A DNA stretch of 64,000 bases from Bacteroidales bacterium (GCA_024398075.1 JAKSJM010000006.1:1607-65606); one strand, 5' to 3'; numbered from the stretch's first letter, positions 39,551 through 48,649 are shown. Program-made: numbers and translations. Notes: generated by a model from the letters alone, not told the origin.

Positions 39551-39937
39551 CTAGAATGGCATGTCGTCAGACAGATCTGCAGGCATGTCACCAAGTGAAG
39601 GTGCAGGGGCTACTGGAGCGGCGTATGCAGGTGCCTGGACAGGCGCCTGTGCAGCACCTGGCTGAGAAAGCTTCCATACGCGAAGGTCAGTGTACCATCT
39701 GCCATTGAACTCGCGGGATCTCACATTGAATGCGACCTTGACAGAGTCACCCACCTGGAATCTGGCGAGTTCGTCTACCTTGTCCTGGCCGAAAACTGAG
39801 AAGCAAGCATCTGCAGGATAGTTACCGTCCTGATACTCCACTACAAAACTCTGGCTGACCCAAGCTCCTCTGGCAGAGTTTCCACTCTGCTGAGGGAGCT
39901 TAGCCTTAACCTTGCCTTCAAGTTCAAATGTAGGCAT
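39551..39937 (-). CDS. DUF3127-family OB-fold protein with an SSB-like acidic tip
   Basis: ELEGKV..LP..SG...W..Q.FV.E, VGDSVKVAFNVRSREFNGRWYTDLRVWK, Pro/Ala linker, C-terminal DDMPF. Confidence 0.85.
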   Translation of the reverse strand: MPTFELEGKVKAKLPQQSGNSARGAWVSQSFVVEYQDGNYPADACFSVFGQDKVDELARFQVGDSVKVAFNVRSREFNGRWYTDLRVWKLSQPGAAQAPVQAPAYAAPVAPAPSLGDMPADLSDDMPF

Positions 39938-39942
39938 AACGA

Positions 39943-40707
39943 TTACTCAGCTTTTTCTACGAAATGCTTAACGTCGATAACGTCTACATCGAAGATGAGA
40001 GTTGAGTTTGGCTTGAGGATAGCAGAAACGCCATTCTCGCCATAACCGAGCTCAGAAGGGATGAAGAGCTGGATCTTACCGCCCTTACCAACGAGCTGGA
40101 GGCCCTCACCGAAGCCCTTGACCACACCCTCGAGAGGGAAGGTAACAGGATCTCTATCCTCAGTAACCTCGTCGAAGGTCTCACCAGCGATGGTGGTACC
40201 CTTGTAACGAACTACTACAGTATCCTTAAGGCTGGTAGCCTTGTCGGTACCCTCCTCAATGATCTTGTACTGAAGACCGCTCTCAGTAGTCTGAACGCCA
40301 GCCTTCTTCGCATTTGCCTCGAGGAACTTCTGGCCCTCAGCCTTGGTCTGGAGACCAACAAGCTTCTGACGGTTAGAGAGGTAGTTGTTGAACAAGTCAT
40401 TCATAAGAGCTGGATCGATCTTGAACTGCTTGCCGAAGTCAGGATCCATGCGAGCATCACCTTCTGCCTTGATGAAGTCCTGCATACCCTTCTTGATCAT
40501 AGCGTAATCAAGCTCACCGAAATCGTAGTTCTTAATGAAGCTACCGAAGTTCACACCTACGAGATAAGCTACTGAATCCTTAGTAGCCTTTGAAGGGGTA
40601 AGAGACTCGATGGTCTCCTCACCCTCTACTGCAACACCCTTGGTAGAGGTGCATGCAATTGCTGCAAGGCCGATGAGGCCTGCAAAAAGGAATTTTCTTG
40701 CTTTCAT
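39943..40707 (-). CDS. FKBP-type peptidyl-prolyl isomerase (Mip/FkpA-like lipoprotein)
   Basis: Lipobox AAIA|C, DSVAYLVG, FLEANAKK, TESGLQYKIIEEG, YKGT..G..FD, IPSELGYG, NSTLIFDV. Confidence 0.95.
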   Translation of the reverse strand: MKARKFLFAGLIGLAAIACTSTKGVAVEGEETIESLTPSKATKDSVAYLVGVNFGSFIKNYDFGELDYAMIKKGMQDFIKAEGDARMDPDFGKQFKIDPALMNDLFNNYLSNRQKLVGLQTKAEGQKFLEANAKKAGVQTTESGLQYKIIEEGTDKATSLKDTVVVRYKGTTIAGETFDEVTEDRDPVTFPLEGVVKGFGEGLQLVGKGGKIQLFIPSELGYGENGVSAILKPNSTLIFDVDVIDVKHFVEKAE

Positions 40708-40735
40708 ATCTAATCTTACTTTTTAAAGTCCAATG

Positions 40736-41698
40736 TTAAAGCTCCCATGCGAGAGCAGATGCACCGAGAATAGCCGCGTCAGACTCCTTAAGCTCTGAGA
40801 ACACGATCTTTACCTTATTCTTCCAGATCTTGAGGACGTTCTCGTTCATCGCGGTCATCATAGGCTCATAGAGGAACTCCTTCGCACGAGCAAGACCACC
40901 GAAGAGGACGATAGCCTCTGGCGCGCTGAATGCGATAAAGTCAGCGAATGTACGGCCGAGAAGGTTTCCAGTGTACTGGAAAACGCGGAGTGCGAGAGCG
41001 TCGCCTGCCCTTGCTGCCTCGTATACATCCTTTGACGAGATCTTCTCTACGTCTCTGAGGGCTGATGGCTCATTTGAAGCCTCAAGCCACTCGCGAGCGG
41101 TACGAGCTACGCCGATAGCTGAGCAATATGCCTCGAGACAGCCAGTTCTACCACAGCCACAAGGACGGCCGTTTTGTCTGACAGCTGTAACGTGACCAAG
41201 CTCACCTGCGAAACCGTCATGCCCATAAACCACCTTACCATCGATAACGATACCGCTACCTACACCGGTACCAAGGGTGATCATGATGAAATTCTTCATA
41301 CCACGTGCTGCGCCGTATGCCATCTCACCCTGAGCGGCTGCGTTTGCATCATTTGTAAGGCTTACAGGAAGACCTACGTTTGCGGTAAGCATCTCAGAGA
41401 ACTTGACTGCTGAATCAGCAGCCCAAGCGAGGTTTGGTGCGAATGCCACCTCACCGGTATAGTAGTTACCATTTGGTGCGCCGACGCCGATACCACGGAT
41501 ATCATCGAACTCCTTGCCTGCATCCTTGATACAGCCCTTGATAGCGTCACCGAGAGCTGAGATGAATGCATTTGCATCCTTTCCGTAAACATCTGAACGG
41601 ATAACGCACTGCGCGAGAACCTCACCACGTGCATCTACTACACCAATCTTTGAAGTCTGTCCACCGACATCAACTCCTACAACAAACTGTTTTGACAT
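40736..41698 (-). CDS. ROK-family sugar kinase (glucose/GlcNAc kinase-like)
   Basis: GVDVGG, GIGVGAPNGN, TNDANAAA.GE, TLGTGVGSG, AGELGH, CGCGRTGCLEAY; no N-terminal HTH. Confidence 0.92.
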   Translation of the reverse strand: MSKQFVVGVDVGGQTSKIGVVDARGEVLAQCVIRSDVYGKDANAFISALGDAIKGCIKDAGKEFDDIRGIGVGAPNGNYYTGEVAFAPNLAWAADSAVKFSEMLTANVGLPVSLTNDANAAAQGEMAYGAARGMKNFIMITLGTGVGSGIVIDGKVVYGHDGFAGELGHVTAVRQNGRPCGCGRTGCLEAYCSAIGVARTAREWLEASNEPSALRDVEKISSKDVYEAARAGDALALRVFQYTGNLLGRTFADFIAFSAPEAIVLFGGLARAKEFLYEPMMTAMNENVLKIWKNKVKIVFSELKESDAAILGASALAWEL

Positions 41699-41724
41699 AT
41701 TCTAAAATGTATTTTTCTGATTAA

Positions 41725-42987
41725 TTAGTCAACCTTAATGTCCTTGTTAACGTTCTTGCTACCTACGAGAGCGTAGAATACGAGGTAGAGGAGGCAAGCG
41801 ATAAGGAACCAGTAGCTCTGAACTGCGCCGATCTTGTCAGCAAGGAGGTTCTGGAGGAATGGGATGATACCACCACCACAAACAAGTGTCATGAAGATAC
41901 CTGATGCAGCTGCAGTATACTTGCCAAGTCCCTCAGCAGCGAGGTTGAAGATAGCACCCCACATGACTGAAGTACAAAGACCACAGAGAGTGATGAAGAT
42001 GAGTGCTACAGGGAGCTCCTTGCCGAACATAGCGATCTTCGCGGTCTCAGGGCTGAAGATGAATGCAACGAGAAGAACGATAGCTGCAATGGCAGTAGCT
42101 GAAAGCATAGCCTTTGAAGACACCTTTCCACCGATAGCGCCACCTGCGAGACGGCCAAGCATCATGCAGAACCAGTAAGCACCGATCATGGTACCAGTGA
42201 GGGCTGCACCGATAGCAGGGATGTTTGAGAAGTGGAGGTTTGCTGTGTTAGGAATACCAACCTCGATACCTACGTAGAAGAAGATAGCGATAGCGCCGAG
42301 AACGAAATGACGGAATGAAAGTGGGCCATTTGGATCCTTAGCTACCTTGCCAGCCTTGCGGGCTGCCTTCTCCTCTGCGGTCTCCATATGAGGCTCAGGG
42401 ATATTTGTAAGAGCAATGATAACAGCTGCGATAGCGAAGATAACCATAGCGATGATCATAGCAGGAGCAGCGTCCTTAACTGTAGCAGATGAAGCCTCGC
42501 CACCGATGAGATAACCGAGAAGGATAGGTGCGATAGTACCACCGACTGAGTTACATGAACCACCGAGCTGGATGAGACGGTTACCCTTGTTACCGCCGCC
42601 ACCGAGAGTGTTAAGCATAGGGTTTACGACTATGTTGAGCATACACATAGAGAAACCAGCGATGAATGCTCCGATGACGTAAACGAGGAATGACTGTGCA
42701 GGACCAGAGATCCACTGAACAGCTACACCGACAAGACCAACGATCACTGCTGCGAGTGCGGTGAACTTGTAGCCCTTGCGCTTGAGGATGATACCAGCTG
42801 GGATACCCATGCAAGCGTAAGCGATGAAGTTTGCAAGTGTACCAAGCTGAGAAAGTGCTGCGGAAGCTCCGAACTGTGCGCTAACGATAACTCCCATAGA
42901 ACCTGCGAAGTTTGTAACGAACGCGATCATGAAGAAAAGCGCGAACATCACGATAATAGCAGGAAGATTACTGTTTTTGTTACTCAT
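41725..42987 (-). CDS. MFS sugar transporter (FucP/NagP-like)
   Basis: About 12 TM helices; FIAYACMGIPAG..L.RKGYK, VVNP, FFYVGIEV, SVMWGAIFNLA.EGLG. Confidence 0.9.
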   Translation of the reverse strand: MSNKNSNLPAIIVMFALFFMIAFVTNFAGSMGVIVSAQFGASAALSQLGTLANFIAYACMGIPAGIILKRKGYKFTALAAVIVGLVGVAVQWISGPAQSFLVYVIGAFIAGFSMCMLNIVVNPMLNTLGGGGNKGNRLIQLGGSCNSVGGTIAPILLGYLIGGEASSATVKDAAPAMIIAMVIFAIAAVIIALTNIPEPHMETAEEKAARKAGKVAKDPNGPLSFRHFVLGAIAIFFYVGIEVGIPNTANLHFSNIPAIGAALTGTMIGAYWFCMMLGRLAGGAIGGKVSSKAMLSATAIAAIVLLVAFIFSPETAKIAMFGKELPVALIFITLCGLCTSVMWGAIFNLAAEGLGKYTAAASGIFMTLVCGGGIIPFLQNLLADKIGAVQSYWFLIACLLYLVFYALVGSKNVNKDIKVD

Positions 42988-43014
42988 TATGTTTAATTTT
43001 AATTGGTTTGTCCT

Positions 43015-43043
43015 TAATTGTAAACAATTAGCCCACTAAATTA
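43015..43043 (-). promoter_or_regulatory. Promoter (-7 variant TAATTTAG, 43043-43036) with an adjacent perfect palindrome TAATTGT-AA-ACAATTA (candidate operator) for the MFS operon
   Basis: 7-bp perfect inverted repeat with a 2-nt spacer at 43015-43030, immediately after the expected start site. Confidence 0.5.
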
Positions 43044-43179
43044 CACAAAAAAAATGACATCTCAATAACTCTGGAGCCATAAAGAGCAACGAAATATTAT
43101 CAGCTTTAAGCATTGTTTAAAAATTTAAATATTAAAATCGTTACACTTACAAAAATTGAAATTAAATTTCTCAAAAATA

Positions 43180-43211
43180 GTTGCAGGTTTAAATTAATAT
43201 GCATACATTTG
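43180..43211 (+). promoter_or_regulatory. Housekeeping promoter (-33 GTTG, -7 TACATTTG) with no downstream CDS
   Basis: GTTG 43180-43183, 20-nt spacer, TACATTTG 43204-43211 followed by CAG. Confidence 0.7.
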
Positions 43212-43215
43212 CAGT

Positions 43216-43305
43216 GGACATAAGAAATTCGTTTCATGTCTATTTGTTAAGTTCGTTTTATATACGAAGCGGCATCCTTGGGGGAAGGATGCCGCTTCTT
43301 CATTT
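43216..43305 (+). ncRNA. Putative ~90-nt small regulatory RNA
   Basis: Own promoter; 5' hairpin GACAU-AA-GAAA-UUCG-UUUC-AUGUC; U-rich single-stranded middle; 14-bp terminator stem; no plausible protein-coding ORF. Confidence 0.6.
43266..43305. terminator. Strong hairpin ending the putative sRNA (+) and lying just after GH20 (-)
   Basis: Perfect stem GAAGCGGCATCCTT-GGGGG-AAGGATGCCGCTTC then TTCATTT on +. Confidence 0.8.
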
Positions 43306-43318
43306 ATGTAAGTGCTAT

Positions 43319-45427
43319 TTACTGTCTCTTACGGTAGCAGATGCCCTTTGACTCATAATAAGGCATCTCGTGAGCTACGACCTTCGAGTAGAATAAATCG
43401 AAATCTGACATGAACTCAGGCGCATCAGCCTGGTACAAGCCAGCCCATGCAGGAGATGCATTCCAGCCACGCTCAAACACGCCAAGCATCTTAGGGAAGA
43501 AATAGTAAGTCACGTGGTCGAACGAACGAATGGTCTCAGTCCAGAGCTGAACCTGAACACCTATGATGCTCTCTTTCTTTACGAGAGTTTCCTTGCCCTC
43601 GTCCACATTCGTGAGATCCTTCATCTTGCCATAGTCATCCCAGCGTACTGACCTATAAAGATCGTACGGAGAGAGTGAGAATGCTCTACGCTCATCGACG
43701 AATCCGCCCCATGAATGACCACGCTCAAGCTTGCCATAATTGTATGCCAGGTCAGCATAGCAGTTCGTCACATTTGAGAGGACGACAGGCACACCTGCAT
43801 TTGCCTGAATGTATGGAAGAGGTTCTCTTGAACCAATTGTGCTCCAGATATTTACAGATCCTAAGCGACCATCGATAAGGCGATTGAAAATCCTTGAATC
43901 AATGTTCTGTGTAATCTCCTGCCAGCCATCGAGAGCGACGCCGTGAGCGTCTGCAATGTCAAGCATTCTGTCGATGAAATAGCCCTTGAGAAGGTAGGTA
44001 TCAGAAAGTCCCTCTGGGTTGTCCTCACGAAGTTTCACAAGAAGTTCCTGACATGCAGGAGAACCAAGCCATGCGCCATGCGCAACCTCATCGCCACCGA
44101 CATGGATGGATGGAAGTGGAGCGCCAGCCTCTGCGTAAAGTGAAACCATGGCAGCGAACACCTTGTCAAAGAAAGTATATGTAGACTCAAGAGCCACATT
44201 CACAGCATTGTCCGGATAATCCTGGACAGACATATACTTGGAAGTGTCGGCAGCCTCATAAAGGAGGCATGAGTCGTCGCCTGTGACCTCGAAGCGATGC
44301 TGCATGGCCTTGATGCATGCGCGAGAGTGGCCAGGGCAGTCAAACTCAGGAATGACGCGGATGTGGTGAGCATTTGCGCACTTGAGGATCTCGATGTAGT
44401 CGGCACGAGTATAGTAACCGTTTGAGCAAGCTGTCTTTGGCTCATAGAGCACACTGTAAGAAGGCTCAAGAGCTACAGGCTCTGTCATGGTGCCATCAGC
44501 GGCGATGACAGGAAGCGCATGGAAAGCGCCGTATGAGGTAAGCTCAGGAAGTCCATCGATCTCCACTCTCCAGCCCTCATCGTCACCAAGGTGCAGATGA
44601 AGCACATTCAGCTTATATCTTGCCATAATGTCAATGAGCTTGAGCACATTATCCTTGGTCGTGAAGTTTCTGGAAACGTCAAGCATGAGGCCTCTATATG
44701 GAAGGTCTGGCCAGTCCTCAATCTCCACGGCAGGGACATCGCCAGTGGCATTTGAACGGATGTTGTCAAGAGTGATGCCGGCATAGTATGCGCCATCCTC
44801 GTCAGACGCATCAATGCTTACGCCATCCTTAGTAAGCTTAAGGCTGTAATATCCTGGTACGCCCTCGACCTTGTTCCAAATCTTGAGGGCCTCTTCGGTC
44901 CACGCCTTATTTTCCAATGCTACAAGTTCCTCACTAGCGCTGACCTTCTTCGCCGCAGGGATGATGTCGTAAGGTGCAACCTCCACCTGGGTGTACTCAA
45001 AGTCAGGAACTGGCTCTGCTGGGAGGAACTTATATGACACTGCCAAATTCTTAGTCTTGCCATCAGCAGTCTGAAGAGAGAATCCTTCTGGAGCCCAGCT
45101 CTGACGAGACAGCGGCCTAGAGAGATAGTTGATTACCAATGAGTCACCGCATTCCATGGTAGGATATGCGCGGTAAAGTGTACCATTGATATGCTCTATA
45201 GCGCCATTTGAGCCCTCCTGGACATCCGCAGCGCATCTGAACATACCAAACCATACATACCAATCAGTGCCCTTGGGTGGGTTAGTCACCACGATGGTAT
45301 GACAAGCCTTGCCCGTCTCTGGATCAGCCGGGCCCTCACGCCACTCCACGCAAACCTCGTTTGAACATGAAGCGAAAAAGGCTATGGTCGTGAAAACCAT
45401 AGCCATAATAGACAATAATTTTTTCAT
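43319..45427 (-). CDS. GH20 beta-N-acetylhexosaminidase (lipoprotein)
   Basis: Lipobox FFAS|C; DWPDLPYRGLMLDVSRNF, HLHLGDDEGWR, IPEFDCPGH, catalytic HVGGDEV, QLWTETIR. Confidence 0.95.
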   Translation of the reverse strand: MKKLLSIMAMVFTTIAFFASCSNEVCVEWREGPADPETGKACHTIVVTNPPKGTDWYVWFGMFRCAADVQEGSNGAIEHINGTLYRAYPTMECGDSLVINYLSRPLSRQSWAPEGFSLQTADGKTKNLAVSYKFLPAEPVPDFEYTQVEVAPYDIIPAAKKVSASEELVALENKAWTEEALKIWNKVEGVPGYYSLKLTKDGVSIDASDEDGAYYAGITLDNIRSNATGDVPAVEIEDWPDLPYRGLMLDVSRNFTTKDNVLKLIDIMARYKLNVLHLHLGDDEGWRVEIDGLPELTSYGAFHALPVIAADGTMTEPVALEPSYSVLYEPKTACSNGYYTRADYIEILKCANAHHIRVIPEFDCPGHSRACIKAMQHRFEVTGDDSCLLYEAADTSKYMSVQDYPDNAVNVALESTYTFFDKVFAAMVSLYAEAGAPLPSIHVGGDEVAHGAWLGSPACQELLVKLREDNPEGLSDTYLLKGYFIDRMLDIADAHGVALDGWQEITQNIDSRIFNRLIDGRLGSVNIWSTIGSREPLPYIQANAGVPVVLSNVTNCYADLAYNYGKLERGHSWGGFVDERRAFSLSPYDLYRSVRWDDYGKMKDLTNVDEGKETLVKKESIIGVQVQLWTETIRSFDHVTYYFFPKMLGVFERGWNASPAWAGLYQADAPEFMSDFDLFYSKVVAHEMPYYESKGICYRKRQ

Positions 45428-47340
45428 TATAGGGATGCAATATTCTTTTCGTTGATAAGCTCCTTGCCCTCTGGAGTATAAGCATACTCGATACGATCGG
45501 CATAGAACTTCTCTACCTTGCCGCGAACGACCTTCATGGTACTGTTCACGAGACCATCCTTCTCAGAGAACTGCTCAGGAAGCACTGCAAGTGCAGCAGG
45601 GAGCCAACGCTCAGGGAAGAGGCCCTCATGTGAGCCACCCTTCTTGTATGAATCCACCTCTGCCTGGATCTTCTTGAGCATAAGCACCTTAGCCTCCTTC
45701 GACTGAGGATCGAGGCTTGCATCCACGCTCTTCACATACTCCTTGAGAGCATCCTTGTTCGGAACTACAAGAGCGATGGTGTAAGGGTTCATATCGTTGT
45801 GGAGGATACAGTTGTCGATGTACTTGCTACCATCGGTAAGACCATCCTCGAAGCCTTCTGGAGAATACTTCTCACCATCAGGAGAGATAAGCAGGGACTT
45901 GAAACGTCCGGTCACATAGAGGAAGCGAGGGTCCTCAGGGCAGATGTAACCCATATCACCGGTATGGAGCCAGCCGTCAACGACTGTCTTCGCGGTAGAC
46001 TCTGGGTTCTTCCAGTATCCTGCCATGACATTCTCACCCTTGATCACGATCTCACCGCGCTCGCCATGAGGGAGGACATTGCCCTCGCCGTCACAGATCT
46101 TTGTCTCCATAGGAGAGACGAGGCGACCTGATGAGCCGAAGCGCGCTGCAGTAGCAGAGTTCGCACAGATGATAGGGGTAGCCTCAGAGAGACCGTAGCC
46201 CTGGAAGATAGGAATGCCGATAGCGCAGAAGAAGCGCTGGAGCTCGATGTCGAGGAGGGCACCTCCACCGACGAAGAACAGCATTCTTCCACCAAGTCCT
46301 TCGCGAACTGTCTTGAAGATGAGCTTGTCGAAGAGGAGCATGAGAGGCTTGCGCCAGAACTGGAGACCTCCGCGGTTATAGTACTCCTTGTTATATGCGA
46401 TGGCATTCTTCACTGCGAAGTTGAAGAGCTTCTGAACGGTAGGGCCCTTCTTCTTGATGCCATTCTCGATGTTCTTCTTGAAGTTACGGGAGATGGCTGG
46501 AACCGAAAGCATCACATGAGGCTTGATCTCCTGGATGGCGATAGGAAGGTTCTTCAATGTCATGAGAGGGGTCTTTCCTACAGGTACTGTAGCAATGCTT
46601 CCGCCATAGGTCATCATGGTGTACAGACCAGCCACGTGTGCGAAGCAATGGTCAAGTGGAAGCACGATGAGCATGGTGGAACCGTCTGGGATGGAGATCA
46701 CAGATGCGCCCTGCGCCACGTTTGCAGTATAGTTTCTGTGTGTAAGGACGATACCCTTAGGATCTGCAGTGGTTCCCGATGTATAGGTGATATTTGCAGG
46801 ATCGTCTGGCTGGATGGAAGCGATGCGCTCATCAAGCTCCTGAGCATGGTCTGCGAGGAAATCCACACCCATCTCACGTACCTTGGAGATAGTGATCTCG
46901 TTTTCCTGGAGATCTGCGATGTCGTCAAGGACAATGACCTTCTCCACCAATGGGCAGTTAACAACTGTCTTTCTGACCTTAGGGAGCTGCTGTTCTGAAG
47001 CCACGACGAAACGTGCGTCTGAGTGGGTGATTCTGAAGAGGAGGTCATTTGTCTCCTCAAGCTTGATGGAGAGCGGAACGTCTGCTCCACCGGCGTAGAG
47101 GATACCGAGCTCTGAAAGTACCCAGAGGTTTCTTCCCTCTGAGATGAGAGCTACTCTGTCACCCTTCTGAAGGCCGAGTGCCATGAAACCTGCTGCGAGG
47201 ATACGGCTCTCCTTTCTGGTCTTCTCGAATGAAGTCTCTGTCCAGACTCCGTCCACCTTCTCACGAAGGTATGTACGGTCTGCGTATTTCTTGGTGTAAT
47301 GCTCGACAAAGTCGATGATGGTCCATCTTTCTGCTGACAT
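45427..47340 (-). CDS. Long-chain-fatty-acid--CoA ligase (AMP-forming)
   Basis: ITYTSGTTADPKG, QGYGLSE, GWLHTGDMG, GRFKSLL...GEK. Confidence 0.92.
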   Translation of the reverse strand: MSAERWTIIDFVEHYTKKYADRTYLREKVDGVWTETSFEKTRKESRILAAGFMALGLQKGDRVALISEGRNLWVLSELGILYAGGADVPLSIKLEETNDLLFRITHSDARFVVASEQQLPKVRKTVVNCPLVEKVIVLDDIADLQENEITISKVREMGVDFLADHAQELDERIASIQPDDPANITYTSGTTADPKGIVLTHRNYTANVAQGASVISIPDGSTMLIVLPLDHCFAHVAGLYTMMTYGGSIATVPVGKTPLMTLKNLPIAIQEIKPHVMLSVPAISRNFKKNIENGIKKKGPTVQKLFNFAVKNAIAYNKEYYNRGGLQFWRKPLMLLFDKLIFKTVREGLGGRMLFFVGGGALLDIELQRFFCAIGIPIFQGYGLSEATPIICANSATAARFGSSGRLVSPMETKICDGEGNVLPHGERGEIVIKGENVMAGYWKNPESTAKTVVDGWLHTGDMGYICPEDPRFLYVTGRFKSLLISPDGEKYSPEGFEDGLTDGSKYIDNCILHNDMNPYTIALVVPNKDALKEYVKSVDASLDPQSKEAKVLMLKKIQAEVDSYKKGGSHEGLFPERWLPAALAVLPEQFSEKDGLVNSTMKVVRGKVEKFYADRIEYAYTPEGKELINEKNIASL

Positions 47341-47351
47341 AAATTGGCTTT

Positions 47352-47984
47352 TTAGATTTTAGTTTCTGATGACGGGAACAGACCGAAGAGCTGAGCGTCG
47401 ATCATGTTCGTTACTTTCTCGAAATCCTCTGGTCTGTTCGCGAACTTGATGTTATCCGCATCGATGACAAGGAGTTCTCCCTTGTAGCCATCGATCCACT
47501 CATCATATCTGTTATTCAGACCGGTAAGATAATCAATGCGAATGCTCTTCTCATACTCACGACCTCTCTTCTGAATCTGCGAGACGAGGTTCGGGATGGA
47601 AGACTTGAGATAGATAAGAAGGTCTGGAGCCTTGACCATGGACATCATCAGGTCGAAGAGGTCCTGATAGTTCTCAAAGTCCCTGGTGCTCATGAGACCC
47701 ATCTCATGAAGGTTCGGAGCGAAGATCCTGGCATCCTCGTAGATGGTGCGGTCCTGGATGATGACCTCGTCCGACTTGGAGATGTCAACCACATCCTTGA
47801 AGCGCTTGTTAAGGAAGTAGATCTGGAGATTGAATGACCATCTTTCCATATCCTCGTAGTAATCAGCGAGATATGGGTTATAGTCTACAGACTCGAACTT
47901 AGGTGTCCAGCCGTAGTGTGCTGCTAGCATCTTGGTAAGCGTGGTCTTTCCGCTACCGATATTTCCGGCTATCGCAATGTGCAT
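47352..47984 (-). CDS. Deoxynucleoside kinase (dCK/dAK/dGK family), paralog 1
   Basis: IAGNIGSGKTT, WSFNLQ, DRTIYED, PDLLIYL, IQKRGREYE. Confidence 0.95.
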   Translation of the reverse strand: MHIAIAGNIGSGKTTLTKMLAAHYGWTPKFESVDYNPYLADYYEDMERWSFNLQIYFLNKRFKDVVDISKSDEVIIQDRTIYEDARIFAPNLHEMGLMSTRDFENYQDLFDLMMSMVKAPDLLIYLKSSIPNLVSQIQKRGREYEKSIRIDYLTGLNNRYDEWIDGYKGELLVIDADNIKFANRPEDFEKVTNMIDAQLFGLFPSSETKI

Positions 47985-48001
47985 ATCTTTAGTGTTTTTT
48001 A

Positions 48002-48622
48002 CTATTCATTCGGGAACAGGCCGAATAGAGCGGCGTCTATTCTATCTGTGATGTATCTGAAATCCTCAGGCCTTTCCAGGAAATCAAGGTCATCAGCTTC
48101 GATCACTAAAACCTTGCCCTTGTACTCACTGATGAACTTCTCATACCTCTCGTTAAGTCCAGTGAGGTACTCAATGCTGATGCTCTGCTCATACTCACGA
48201 CCTCTCTTCTGTATCTGGTGGACAAGATGCGGAATGGATGAGCGGAGATAAATCATCAGGTCTGGAGCCTTCACGAGCGACATCATAAGCTCGAAGAGCT
48301 CCATGTATGTGTCGAAATCCCTGTCAGAGAGGTTTCCAAGATCATGGTTATTCGTCACAAAGATCTGCACGCCCTCGAAGATGGTACGGTCCTGTATGAT
48401 GGTCTGGTCGCTCTTCGCTATCTCCAGAACATCCTTGAAACGCTGCTTGAGGAAGTAAGTCTCCAAGCAGAATGACCAGCGTGGAATGTCCTTGTAATAA
48501 TCCTCCAGATAAGGATTATAACTTACGGCCTCATACCGAGGAGTCCATCCATAATGCTCCGAGAGCATCCTGGTAAGGGTGGTTTTTCCACTGCCTATAT
48601 TTCCTGCGATTCCGATGTGCAT
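48002..48622 (-). CDS. Deoxynucleoside kinase, paralog 2 (altered base-recognition residues)
   Basis: IAGNIGSGKTT, WSFCLE, DRTIFEG, IQKRGREYE; collinear with paralog 1; start placed at ATG 48622. Confidence 0.93.
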   Translation of the reverse strand: MHIGIAGNIGSGKTTLTRMLSEHYGWTPRYEAVSYNPYLEDYYKDIPRWSFCLETYFLKQRFKDVLEIAKSDQTIIQDRTIFEGVQIFVTNNHDLGNLSDRDFDTYMELFELMMSLVKAPDLMIYLRSSIPHLVHQIQKRGREYEQSISIEYLTGLNERYEKFISEYKGKVLVIEADDLDFLERPEDFRYITDRIDAALFGLFPNE

Positions 48623-48649
48623 CGACACAAAATTCAGTTTACTGATTCA

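Noticed and set aside
47985-48004. Read-through fusion of the two dNK genes
   Set aside because: The upstream gene ends in tandem stops (TAG TAA) and the downstream gene is in a different frame with its own A-rich start.
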